64,000 bases of DNA, from positions 7,254,001 to 7,318,000 of the forward strand of contig NW_024704745.1 in the NCBI RefSeq assembly GCF_018977255.1. The letters are read 5' to 3'. Of this stretch, positions 10,681 through 22,280 are shown piece by piece (position 1 is the stretch's first letter; each line of letters starts with the position of its first letter). Both the position numbers and the translations under genes were made by a program. Source of the stretch: Callorhinchus milii (Eukaryota). Under the pieces are notes generated by a model. That model saw only the letters and a program-made list of their open reading frames with translations, did no database searches and had not been told where the DNA came from.

Positions 10681-11607
10681 TCAGGATGTCAAGCCACAGT
10701 TAAACAGCATTACCAAAGTCTCAGGATTCACATAGAATTTTACAACAGAGGAGGCCATTTGGCCCATTGAGCATTCGCTAGCTCTCGGAAAGAACTATTC
10801 ATTTAACCCAACTCCCCTACCCTTTCTCTACGCCCTTTTAATATCTTTCTCGTTCAAATATTTATCTGTAGACTTCAACATTTTGATGTCGTTGTCTAGC
10901 ACGTATTAGCCATTAGATCTGTGTACTTTGGCTTGTAGGGTAGAGCTCATATCCATAACTCCCCCAAGTTTTACCTTGGATGACTGGATCTGCCCAGGGA
11001 GACATTACTCATCTTAATTCTCCCTCTCTCCCCCCCTTTGGGCTCCAAGTCAAACCCACTAACACAATATTTAGATGGGATATTCTGTACAAAAGCACAA
11101 CTGCCAGCCAACCTGACACTGCAAACATTTCAATCCATTACATTAAGGTGAAAGGATTACAAAAATGGGCTGATATGTCAGAAAGGAATTTTAGGAAACC
11201 GCCAGATAAATTGGTCATTTGCTTTATGGTTGTTTGTGGGACTTTGTTGTGCGCAAAGAAATATTGCCACATTTGCTCACAAATGGCAACCATACATTGC
11301 CTCACAAATGTGGCAGTATTTCACTTCACTTGACAGCAAATGAGACATTGATGCATTATATCAAATGCAAGGATCATCAACGATCGATGTTCATTACTTC
11401 GTCCAATACAATCAGGAATGCTGCTTTTTATTATGGCAATAAATTGTGTGAGGGAGGGAGTAAGGAATGGGAGAAGATTCATGTGGAGTATAACCACTGG
11501 CACAAACTGGTTGGGCAAAGTGGCCTGTTCCTGTGCTGTACGTTCTTTGTAACCTTTGCAAGAACCATACATTGTAAGTATATAATAATAATCCTTGCAT
11601 TTGATAT

Positions 11608-12095
11608 AACAACAACAACAACAACATTCCATTTATAGAGCGCCTTTCACGTCAGGAGGACGTCCCAAGGCGCTGCACAGTTGGGTCATGACCCGAGCAC
11701 GGGGGAAATGGTCAGGGTGAGGGGAGGGAAGGGAGGGAGAGAGGAGGGGGAAAATGGTCAGGGTGAGGGAGGGAAGGGAGGGAGTGAGGAGGGGAAGAGA
11801 GTCGAGAGGGGAGCTGAAGGCACGGTCAAAGAGAAAGGTTTTGAGACCGGCCTTGAAGGAGGAAAGGGAGGAAGCAAGGCGAAGGCACTGGGGGATGGAG
11901 TTCCAGAGCCTGGGGGCTGAGAGGCTGAAGGCCCGACCACCGATGGTAGGGCGGTTGGGGCGGGGGACGTGGAGCAGACCGGAGCCAGAGGAACGGAGGG
12001 TACGGGCAGGTAGGTAGGGGGATAGTAGGTTGGAGATGTAGGAGGGAGCGAGGCCGTGAATGGCCTTGTAGGTGAGGATGAGGATCTTGAAATCA
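11608..12095 (-). mobile_element. L2-clade LINE 3' fragment with (GTT)n tail, inserted into a SINE tail
   Basis: ORF 11633-12124 reads FKILILTYKAIHGLAPSYISNLL..RTLRSS..TIGGRAFS..APRLWNSIP..FKAGLKTFLF. Host SINE sequence flanks it at 11583-11607 and 12096-12165. Confidence 0.9.
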
Positions 12096-12326
12096 ACGCT
12101 TTTCACGTCTTCTAGACGTCCCAAAGCGCTTCACAGAATATACTGTAAAGTGAATTGACTGTATATTTATTATATAGATATATAGACTGTATATTTATAT
12201 ATAGATTAATCTGTCACATGTACCATTCATTCTCAATAGACAGGCACCAATCTTGTGCAGATTTGATTTGTTAACAATGAGGGTGAGTCGAGATTAAAAA
12301 GGAAGCTCCAATATCGAGAACCTCAC

Positions 12327-12520
12327 CCGCCATCTGAATATTCAGCATCAGCTCCACCCCACCAAATGTACGAATCTTCCTCATCCACATCCACCGAGTC
12401 AACCTTCTCATTTTCTTCTGAAATGGGACAGCAGACAAATTCCACGCCACGAAACTGGTCAATTCCACAAGGAAGCAGCATACCATAGTCCTTCAGGTTC
12501 ATGGTCTTGTCACCGCAGGC
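12327..12520 (-). CDS. APP: APP exon 5 equivalent (CuBD second half and extension domain), 194 nt, phase 0-2
   Basis: Translates [64 protein letters not shown](G). Acceptor cctgcccag|GCC, donor GG|gtgagg. Confidence 0.97.
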
Positions 12521-13269
12521 CTGGGCAGGCACACAGAATCAAAACACAAGAAAACACATACAAACATGAGTTTTGGGTAAAATTACCTAGAAACAACCCT
12601 AGCCTGACTCTCAAGTCTAGTGCTTGGGGAGTGTTGAACTGATATCGTCCTGTGGACGAGACATTGAAGGCATGAATCGTCAAAAGTCCATTCGGCTTTT
12701 GACGATTCATGCCACTATTTGAGAAGAAAAGGGACTTTCTTCCTATGTCCTGGACAATCCTCCAGAAACAAAATTGGTCATTCACTTCAGTTATTTGTGA
12801 GTCCCAGAAACTCCCTTCTCTTTTCAAATAATCCAAAAGGCACAATGAGAGGCTTGTGCCCACAATCCTTGCTCAGACGTGAGCATGTTACCAACTCAGC
12901 CAAACTATCTCAGCCAATTTACAGCCACAGGGCAGTCTATTTGTTTAAGTCAGTCAATCTGCAATTAAAGAGCATACAGCTGTTTAAGCAAGTCAGGTGG
13001 TGTCTAATGTTGCGTACAGTGTGTTATGGAGTTGAGCCACTTAACTTATGGTTCCACAGACAAACGTCCTGTGATACCTTTCCCAAGCAGCTACTCAAAA
13101 GGAGTAAGCTAGGGAAATTATGTAGGCCAGCAGGACGTCAACGCCCAAATCCACCCTCACCCACTTCCACAGCCACTTCCAGCAGAAGTCATTGCGCAAC
13201 AATTAGGGCCATGTGTTCTGGACAGTTTCTCTTCAGTGCTCTTGGAGTACTGTGTACAACTCCACTTAA

Positions 13270-13690
13270 AGTGCTATAAAAGAGCTGCCAGGCCCTAGAG
13301 GCAGTGCAGAAGAGAAATAACAAGGATTATCCTCAGCGTTAAAGGAATGAGCAATAAGAAATGGCTCAATAAGCATAGAAAATGGACATATTAGAGAGGA
13401 CCTTAGAGAGATTTATAAGGTGCTAAAGGGGAATGAGAAAGTAAAACCAAAACAGTAATTGCAGATACGCCAGGCATCAGGACAATAGGATACAGGGTTA
13501 CGAAGAGCAATTTCTGGGCACCGACCAGTATTTCTACACTCAGAGGTTATTAAGCAGAAGGAAAAAGGTTACGAGGAAGGGTAGCTAAGGCCAGGATGCT
13601 GGAACTCATTTAAGAAACAACTTGTTATTATAATGGGAAGATGGTTTCCTGGACGGATGAGAACAAAAGGGCCTTCTTCATCAGAACCTG
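13270..13690 (+). mobile_element. Old CR1 LINE fragment
   Basis: ctagaggcagtgcagaagaga..agagaggaccttagagagatttataag..ttctacactcagagggtt matches the CR1 ORF2 motifs LEAVQKR, RGDL and FTQRV in degenerate form. Confidence 0.55.
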
Positions 13691-14625
13691 TCTTGTGATG
13701 CTTGGTTTAGCTGTGGTCTGATTAACCCAACGAAGATCAAGGATCAAACTTAGAGCCCCTGCTGCTAAGCGTGGTTCTATTCCACACAACACACTACGCT
13801 CTGCTAACTAACTCATCAGGAAGAGTGGCCTTGAAACACGTAAATATTTAAACACAGTCCCCGAGCCTGCGTTCTGGCAACATTCGGCACTAACAGAAAT
13901 TCTATTTCTAGGACATATTTTATAACAATCATTCCAGCAAATCTTTCCCGATGGCAATATAAAAAGGAATCTGAAACAATTAAGAAAAACACTGAAATTT
14001 GCAACATCATAAAGCCTTTTTTTTTAAAGAAGCACTCACCTCAGCATCCCTCCCTTCCCCTGATAATTAAACTCCCCTGGTAAAATGCTGAGGCATTAGC
14101 AACTTTTAGAGGCTATGTGGCATAATTGAAAATTCTATTAGCAATTTGCTGGTCAGCTACTATTCCACTTGATGCTGCATAAAATCAGAATGAAAGAATT
14201 TCAGACTTGTTGCAGACTTGTGCCATCAATACCGGAGGAGAAATCTGCCCCTTCAAAATCCTCCTAAAAATCTATTGCTTTGACAGTGTACTTTCGGTCA
14301 ATATCCTCTACTTCTTCTGCTCAGTGATCCCTATTGCTTTTGTAAAGTTTTGTGGAAAACACATCCTACTTAAAAAGCGCTTATTTAAACCCAAGTTGCT
14401 ATGTGTTGTTTTACAAGACCTTGTGACATCATTTCTAAAATCTCGCTTCTTATTCCTCCAATCCCAACTCTCCCACCCAATCCTCCGACATGAGCTTTCT
14501 GCAAGGCATCCAGGTGCTATCCTCCCCACCCCGTTTCTGGACCCCCGTTCCCTAATCTCCCCCACCCGCACCCACACTTCTTTTGCTGAGTAAGTGTGAC
14601 CCAGCTTTCAGTAAATGGAGCGTAC

Positions 14626-14738
14626 CTCTTTAGCCACAGTGTGCCAGTATAGGTGGTTCTCACATGTGTCCATCTTCTCCCGATGCAGAAACTTGCACTT
14701 ATCTGGGACAAGGAGAGCATCGCTTACGAATTCACCAA
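14626..14738 (-). CDS. APP: APP exon 4 equivalent (copper-binding domain, first half), 113 nt, phase 1-0
   Basis: Translates (V)[37 protein letters not shown], read by hand because the ORF track lacks this frame. Acceptor ttttaccctctcag|TT, donor GAG|gtacgc. Confidence 0.96.
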
Positions 14739-17374
14739 CTGAGAGGGTAAAAGACAAAGAGAGAAACAAGTTTTAGTGACTAGTGGAACTCGCGCAGTAT
14801 TTCACATCCTTTTTAAATACCACACCCCAAATTGATCCTGTCTGCACTAACTCCCAAATTATCTTCCAATTTACCTTGCCTCACACTTGCGATCAATAAT
14901 TTCCCTCACTTCCCCCTCAACTTTATTACTGAATGCTTTTTCTCAAACACAAAGGGGAGTTGGAATCTACCTTCAACCGATCTATATTTTAAAGTATCAG
15001 ACTGCCATTAATCTGGAGTCTTGAAACTTCCTGCCCTTCGGAAATACTGGAGTTAGGATTTTACTGTAAATTTTGCTGATGAGCATTTATGCACAAAACA
15101 AAATGCAGAGAGCAGGTAGGGTAGATCACTTGATCATCGATGGCAGTGAATAGAGCCTCTTTTGTCTAATGTGCAGGGCTTGGTGAAGCAGGGTTAAAGT
15201 GGAACTAAAATAATGGTCCAATTGACACGGGCAAAGCAAAAGTCTTTTCAGTCCTTCTCTGATCCAGGTGTACATCAAGCACTTATGGCAGCAAAAATCA
15301 CCATGTTTTGCCGCAGTTAAGGAATTAGTCACTGTGGGTGTGACAGTTTTTGGCAGTCCTGCTCCCATCAAAACACAGTGTAAATGCAAGATATACTCAA
15401 CCCCTTATTGTGAGGGCTGTGCAAATCTCCCATCTCTCAAGCAAACTCGGAGCAGAACATTTTAACTTTATCCAGGCACTGATAGCGTTAAAAAACACAA
15501 GACACTTGATTTTGTGGTATGTGACAATTCCTGTGAAAGCTCAGTAAGACAAAACATTGGAAGTCACGTGGAGCAGGCATTATGCATGTGACTTTCCTGC
15601 TTCACGACTCTATACTACCAGGAGGAAAATATCTCTTGCTACTGGCAGTATGAACACAATAATGATGAAGGGAACAACGATGAAATAGGAGAGCAGGTAA
15701 CTCTAGTGCAGAAGCTAGTAGCAGCACAAATACAATAGAGTAAGAGCAGGAGAAAGGGATTAGAGCACATCCCTTCAATGGGGGCGGAGGGGTAGGGGGA
15801 GAAAGCATGCAAGCACAAGAATGGGCACAATAGACCTCCTTCTGTGCTGTAAGCTTTTTATAATTCACTAAATAGACTAGGCTGGCTCCACCCACAGCTG
15901 CAGCAGTGCATGTAAAGCACTACACCGGATGCATAATGATTCCCACCCAGTTTATCCCTGTAAAGGCAATTTTTTTTTACTCCATTACGTTTACTTTAAC
16001 TAAGAGAGTCTTCCACATTCAGAGGAATAGATCTAACTCATTATGTTAATATATACACAATGCAAGATGAAGGTGAAACCACCATTACCCTTGCAGTGAT
16101 TCCAAATTATTTGCTTGGCTCAGACTAACTGTGCTACAACAGTCTGTGTGGTTTGTTCTGACGCATACATCTGGGCACTTTGCTGCAGCTCTGTGATAAA
16201 CACATGAAGCACGGTTCACATAGCATTACAAACCCAGATCTCTTTTAAGTTGCAAGGATTAGACAGTTACACCATATATTTGCACTGTGGAATATAAATC
16301 TTTCAGCCCAAAGCCAACTTCCTTCCTCTGTTACGCACTCAACAAAATACTGACCCTCTGTCCTCTGCAAATACTCACCGGCCACGATGTAACGCAAAGC
16401 TGCGCACTTCAGTCGCAAGAACAAGTCAAGGCAAGGTTACAAGCACTCCCAATTTGCCAGAATTTATATTAGTTATAAAAAGACGGGGATGCTGAAAGTT
16501 TATCAGAAATTCCAGATTTTAAAGAGGAAAGTGCAGATCAGATCAGGGGATGAATCAAAACTGCCAAGGTCAAGATGGGGTGGCAGCTTTGACAATGAAA
16601 GGAAGTGTTTTTAAATATATTCCTGGAAGAATCACTTCACGCAGGAGACATTTATGACGTGGGTTTATGCTTCCGTAGATCTATCACAAAATAATAGCAC
16701 AAAAAATTACTTTACATCATGGAGTTGCAGATTCAGTGCAAAGTTTGTATTTGACGTTAAGCTGGGGGTTGACAGGAATGCTGCAGCATCTGAAGAGGCA
16801 GCCAAGATCTTACAAAGAGTGCTCAATAAGGTGCGCATCTGCATTTCACCCACAAAATATACAGCCAATTCACTTTACAGCATATTTTGTGAACTGGTTT
16901 GAGACATCTTGAAGACGTGATAAGGTGCTATATCAAATCCAAGGGTTATTATTATTATTATCTAGGCTGATAGGCAAATTAAGTTCAATATGAGTAAATG
17001 TAAGATATTAGACACAGTAAAAAAAATGGAAGCACACCTACTTCACTGTATAGGGTAAATGGTTAGGGAATGGAATGCTTTACCATAGAGGATGGTAGAC
17101 GAAGAGTTAACAATAGCTTTAAATGGGGAATCAGACAAATGCTTGAAAGAGAAAAATATACTTTAAAAGATGTGGGATAAACAGCAGGGGAATGGAATTA
17201 AATGGATTGATCTTTCAGATGTGCTGTAAACTTCTATGTTTTCATGCATGCAATCCTGTGGTTGCTAATTGGAAGCTAATTATTCCTACGTAAGAGCTTA
17301 CGGCAGATGCAGTGAAGTTTGAACCTATCGTGTCACATTTATAAACATGGCCCATTCAGTTTCTGCAGTTGGTT

Positions 17375-19570
17375 TACAACAACTTGGATTTATATAGCGC
17401 CGGACGGTGTCTCAGAGCGCTTCAGTGATGGATCTTGGGGCCGAGCCAGGGGGAGGGAGGAAGGTGACCAAAGGTGCGGTCGAAAAGAAAGGTCTTCAGC
17501 AGAGACCTGAAAATAGGAAGAGAGGGGGCGAGGCGAAGGGAGTGAGGAAGTGAGTTCCAGAGCCTCGGGGCCTAGTGGCTGAAGGCATGGCCGCCGAGGG
17601 TGGAGCGGAGGACTCGGGGGACAAGGAGGAGGCCAGACCCGGAGGAACGAAGGCAACGGGCACTGTTTTGAGGAGAGGAGGTCAGAGAGATAGGGGAGTG
17701 CAGAGGAGTGGAGGGATTTGAAGACAAGGGTGAGGATCTTGAAGTCGATCCTCTCTGGGACAGGCAGCCAGTGCAGTCTGGCGAGGACTGGGGTAATCGG
17801 GGAGCGGAGTTTCGTGCGGGTGAGAATGCGGGCGGCAGAGTTTTGAATAATCTGGATTTTATGGATGGTAGTGGAGGGGAGACTGGTGAGGAGGACGTTA
17901 GAATAGTCCAGCCGAGAGGTGACAAAGGCATGGACCAGGGTTTCAGCGGCTTTCAGTGAGAGGTACTGACAGAGACAGGCGATGCGTCGGAGGTGGAAGA
18001 AAGCAGTGCTGGTGATGGATCGGATGTAGGGGAGGAAGGATAATTGGGGGTCGAACCTGACGTCTAGGTTGCGTACGGGTTCGGAGAGTTTTAGGGGGAG
18101 GTCGGGTAGGTGGAGGAGGTGAGAACCGTGAGATTTTAGACGCTGACGAGAGCCAGAGTATGGCTTCCGTCTTGTCAATGTTCAGCTGAAGGAAATTTGC
18201 ACTCATCCAGCTCCTGAGGTCTGACAGGCAGGCTGACAGAACATCAGGGGGCTGGGGTCGCCAAGTGAGGTGGAAAAATAGAGTTGGGTGTCGTCCGCAT
18301 ACATGTGGAAGTGTACCCCATGTCTGCGGATGACATCCCCAAGAGGGAGCATGTAGATCAGAAAGAGGAGGGGGCCAATGATGGATCCTTGGGGTACCCC
18401 GCAGGTGACCGGGTGAGGGAGGGAGGAGAAGCCGTTTGTGCAGATGTACTGCTGGTGATTTGTGAGGTACGACTCGAACCAGGCAAGTGAGGTCCCACTG
18501 AGGAGGATGATGGAGGAAAGGTGGTGGAGGAGGATGGCGTGATCGAATGTGTTGAACGCGGCAGAGAGGTCCAGGAGGACAAGGAGGCAGAGGGAGCCCT
18601 GGTCACAGATAGAGAGGATGTCGTTTGTAACTTTCACAAGTGCAGTCTCTGTACTGTGGGCAGGGCGGAAACCGGACTGGAGGGGTTCGAAGAGGGAGTG
18701 GGAGGAGAGGTGTGCGTGAAGTTGATTGGCAACAATGAGTTCTAGGACTTTTGTGAGGAAGGGCAGGTTAGAAATAGGGCGGTAGTGGCTGGTGATTGAG
18801 GAATCTAGGGAAGGGTTTTTGAGGAGGGGGGTGATGACAGCAGTTTTGAGGGGGGCAGGGACTGATCCGGAGGAAAGGGACTGGTTGATGACATCAGCCA
18901 GTAGTGGGCAGAGGAGGGGGAGCTGTGTGATCAGCAAGGTGGTGGGGAGGGGGTCAAGGCAGCAGGTGGTGGGTTTCATGGAGGTGATGGTGAGTGAGAG
19001 GGAGGAAGGAGAGATGGGGAGGAAGGAATGTAGGATGGGGGTCGTGGTAGGAGTAGATGATGGGGAGAGGGTGAGGGGGACAGAGAGGGAGTGGTGGTGG
19101 GTGACAAGAGGCAGGTAGATGAGCTACCTGGCGGATGTTATGTATTTTAGATGAAAAGAAGTCCATGACCTCCTCGCACTTGGCATTTGATATGAAGATT
19201 GAGGAGGCCTGAAGAGGGGGCACGGAGGAGGTAGTGGGTGGTGGAAAAAAGGATTTTAGGGTTGTGTTTAGCCTCCAAGATGATGTTGGAGTAGAAGGCC
19301 ATTTTTGCACATGTCAAAGAATGGCAGTAGCTGTGGAGATGCTCGAGCCACAGTTGGCAGTGAACTGTCAGGCCAGTTTTCCGCCATCTGCGCTCGAGCA
19401 GCCGGGTTTGGGTTTTTAGGCAGCGGAGATGGTTGTTGTACCAGGGGGATTGGGTGGGTTTGGAGATGGTCCTGGATTTCAGGGGACGAGGGAGTTGAAG
19501 GTGGAGGAAAGGCGATCATGGAGCAGCTGGATGCCTGCTTCAGGATCTCTGCGGGTGGAAGGCCAGAGGG
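17375..19570 (-). mobile_element. L2-clade LINE, 5'-truncated, about 2.2 kb, with a frameshifted reverse transcriptase
   Basis: ORF 18203-18979 has YRPISNLPFLTK, QSGFRPAHSTETAL, LLDLSAAF, GVPQGSIIGP and [13 protein letters not shown] 17390-18178 has SRLDYSN and LHWLPVPERIDFK. The GTT tail is near 17376. Confidence 0.95.
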
Positions 19571-22067
19571 ATAGGATATTTGAGAAGTTATGTGGAGTAC
19601 ATTTTGTCGTTCAGTCTGCAGGAGATTTCATTTCCACACCAACAGAGAGTTAACTACGGCATTCTTGTAAGCACTTGAAATGCAGATCGCAGCTTCCAAC
19701 TCGTATAATGATTGATGTCAGAGGCCCTTTGAAATGATTCCAGCAAACACACACATTGTCCAGTAATTTTCATCACCAGTAATAATAGGCTGAAAATCTT
19801 TTCTTCTCTCAGCACCACTGTGTTGGAACAAGTTAAAACAATTTGCTCATTAAGAATCAAAAGCTGGGCAAGAGGCAATGTGGCCCAAGCACGCCAGTTA
19901 GGAGCAAGTTTGACCCTGATCTTTGCTGTGTCGATTCTGCACAGTGCTTTGTTTCCAGAGATGTTAGATGAAAACTACTGGACTCCATTGTTATCGTCAT
20001 GCCTGTCACTATTACTTAGCTACTGTCCTGCGACTTAAAACAGTCTACCTAGACTTTCACAAAACGCAGGTCATCTTCCTTATATCACTAGGGCCCACAT
20101 AATAAATGAATTACAAACAGCATACAGCTTTGTCTGACAAAATCTTCACAGGAAAGATATGTTTATATAGAGAGGGGCTTGAAGGGATACGAGGATAGAG
20201 CAGGGCAGTGCGATTGAAGCAATCTCCTTGCTCTGTGAGCCTTGACGGGCCAAATGGCCTCCTTCTGAGCTGAAGATTTCTATGTTTCTGTGGTGCACCT
20301 GCTGCTTTAGTAATCATGGGCAAATCAAATATTTTTGCTTTGAGAGGCTACAGATGTGGAACAAAAATCAGCAAGGAAATGCGAAATGAATCATTATGAA
20401 CCCCTCCAAAAAGAACATGCTGTCGTCCCCCCACCTCCCACCCACCAAAATAGACACATTTTCCATTTAAGGAAGTGACGTTGGTTTAATGACATTTAGC
20501 TGACAAGATATTTTTGTGTTGTGAAATTCCACAAAAAATGTAAAGCAGAAGTATGGCATTGAACAGCTGTTTAGAAATTATACACAAAGAGGAAGTGAGG
20601 CTGAAGTTCATCGCTGGGCATGTTCCCAGTTGCAGTGCAATTACTGAACAAATAACTCTTAAGATACCGGCACAGGCACCATAGTCAATAGTCAAATGGC
20701 CTTCTGCCACACTGAAAAATCCCACGATTTTAAAGTCGGTGTTAACCAGGCTAACATTTGTTTGGGGAAAGCTCTTTCTTTTTGATCTTTGATTTGCTTC
20801 TGACCAGAAAGGGGGAGAGGCGGGTAAGTAAAGAACCATGACCATACTTGATTGGAAGGCTTAATAAGACTTAATATTCAGAATCTGCTTGTATTCAATT
20901 CTTCCAAATCTAAATCCATCATAACCAGCGATCTGCACCCACCCCAGCCATCTCTTAGTATTTCTTAGTCCCAGTGGAATCCGTGATGTGTTCACACAAA
21001 TAGAATTTCAAATGGCTCACTTCACCACAGTGATACGGAACATTGCAAAGCTAGCACTGTTGACTCATTTATTCATTAATGTTGCTGCAGATAATGCTGC
21101 AGAAGGCTAAAGAGACTGGTTCTCAATTACTAAGTGATCAGCTTCAACTAGAATAATATTGGCTGTGAGACAATATATGTGTGAAGAGAGGCTGGCTAAT
21201 TTTGTTTAAAAAAACAGGATATTGAGAGGGATAGAAAGATAACCCTTAATAAGATACTGAAAGAGCATGGCAAGGTAAATAGGGGAAAACTATTTCTTTT
21301 CATCGGGGAATCGGTGACAACCCGGCATAACCTCAGGAATGTTTGCAGAAAGCAGGCGAGAGGTTAGCAGGAATGTCTTCACTCAGAGGGCTGTCAGAGC
21401 TTGGAACTTATGACCACAAATGGCCATCGAGGCTGGGTCAATAGATCCATTCTAAAGGGAGCTGGATAATCACCTGAGGAGCAAAAACACTAAGCTCAGT
21501 AAAGAGCTGGAAAGTGAGATAATTAATATAAAGGGGACGAGTTAAACAGGTAGTGGTGGCACAGATACAATGGGTCGATTGGCCTCCTTTTGTGCTGCAA
21601 ATTTCTATCAATTCGCTACTTTCTTAGTTATGGAGTTTCAAACTATGCCCAAGTAAATGCAGCTCAAAGTAGGAAAGAATACCTATTCTGTATTTTACCT
21701 GCCTCCATCTAATTGTACATAATATTTATTTCGGAGAATTTCTTACATTTTTATAACCCAATGTTCATGAATTGTATATTCATCTTACGAATGCTCATAT
21801 CTATGCAGTTAATTTACACAGCTTGGTTCCAGGAAATTCAGCATTCATTATGCATGCAGACATAGTGTAATGACACATTCTTTAATTTAATTCATCACTC
21901 TAATGGTCACATATTCTACAGTTAAAAGGCTTTTAAGGATTTAGATTATATGCAGAATGAGTTGGACTAGTTCCAGCCACATCGAAGCCCATCTCCGTGG
22001 GTTCTATTTAGGGAATGTCTCAAAAGTTTACCTCTACCACGACTCACCCTAAACTAACTAGATTAAA

Positions 22068-22280
22068 AAAACAAAAACAGAAGTTGCTGGGAACAATCAG
22101 CAGGTCAGGCAGCATCTATGGAGAAAGGAAAGTGAAACAGTTTGGGGTCCACAATCCTTCATTAGAACTGGGGCATGTTGGCATGTTTCTAGATGCTGCC
22201 TGACCTGCTGAGTGTTCCCAGTGACTTCTGTTTTTGTTTTCAGATTTCCAGCATCTGCAATATTTTGCGTTTTGCTAACT
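22068..22280. mobile_element. Penelope-like non-autonomous element with 51-bp inverted arms
   Basis: Arms 22068-22118 and 22190-22240 differ at 3 positions. The tail is cagatttccagcatctgcaatattttgc. A weaker relative is at about 32870-33010. Family assignment is from recalled shark Penelope-derived repeats. Confidence 0.6.

Noticed and set aside
12158-12206. Short tandem duplication gactgtatatttat..atataga
   Set aside because: It is AT-rich slippage at a SINE end, with no sign of function.
12719-13279. 186-aa plus-strand ORF and the other 60-170 aa intronic ORFs in the track
   Set aside because: They have no recognisable domains or supporting splice structure, many overlap SINE or LINE debris, and ORFs of this size are expected by chance.
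14040-14076. Strong donor GAG|gtgagt in intron 4 with possible 20- or 37-nt exons
   Set aside because: The acceptors have poor pyrimidine tracts, both lengths shift the frame, and there is no compensating partner.
17390-19519. RT ORFs as an active or domesticated retroelement gene
   Set aside because: The sequence is split across several frames, 5'-truncated and lacks an endonuclease domain. It is an ordinary dead L2.
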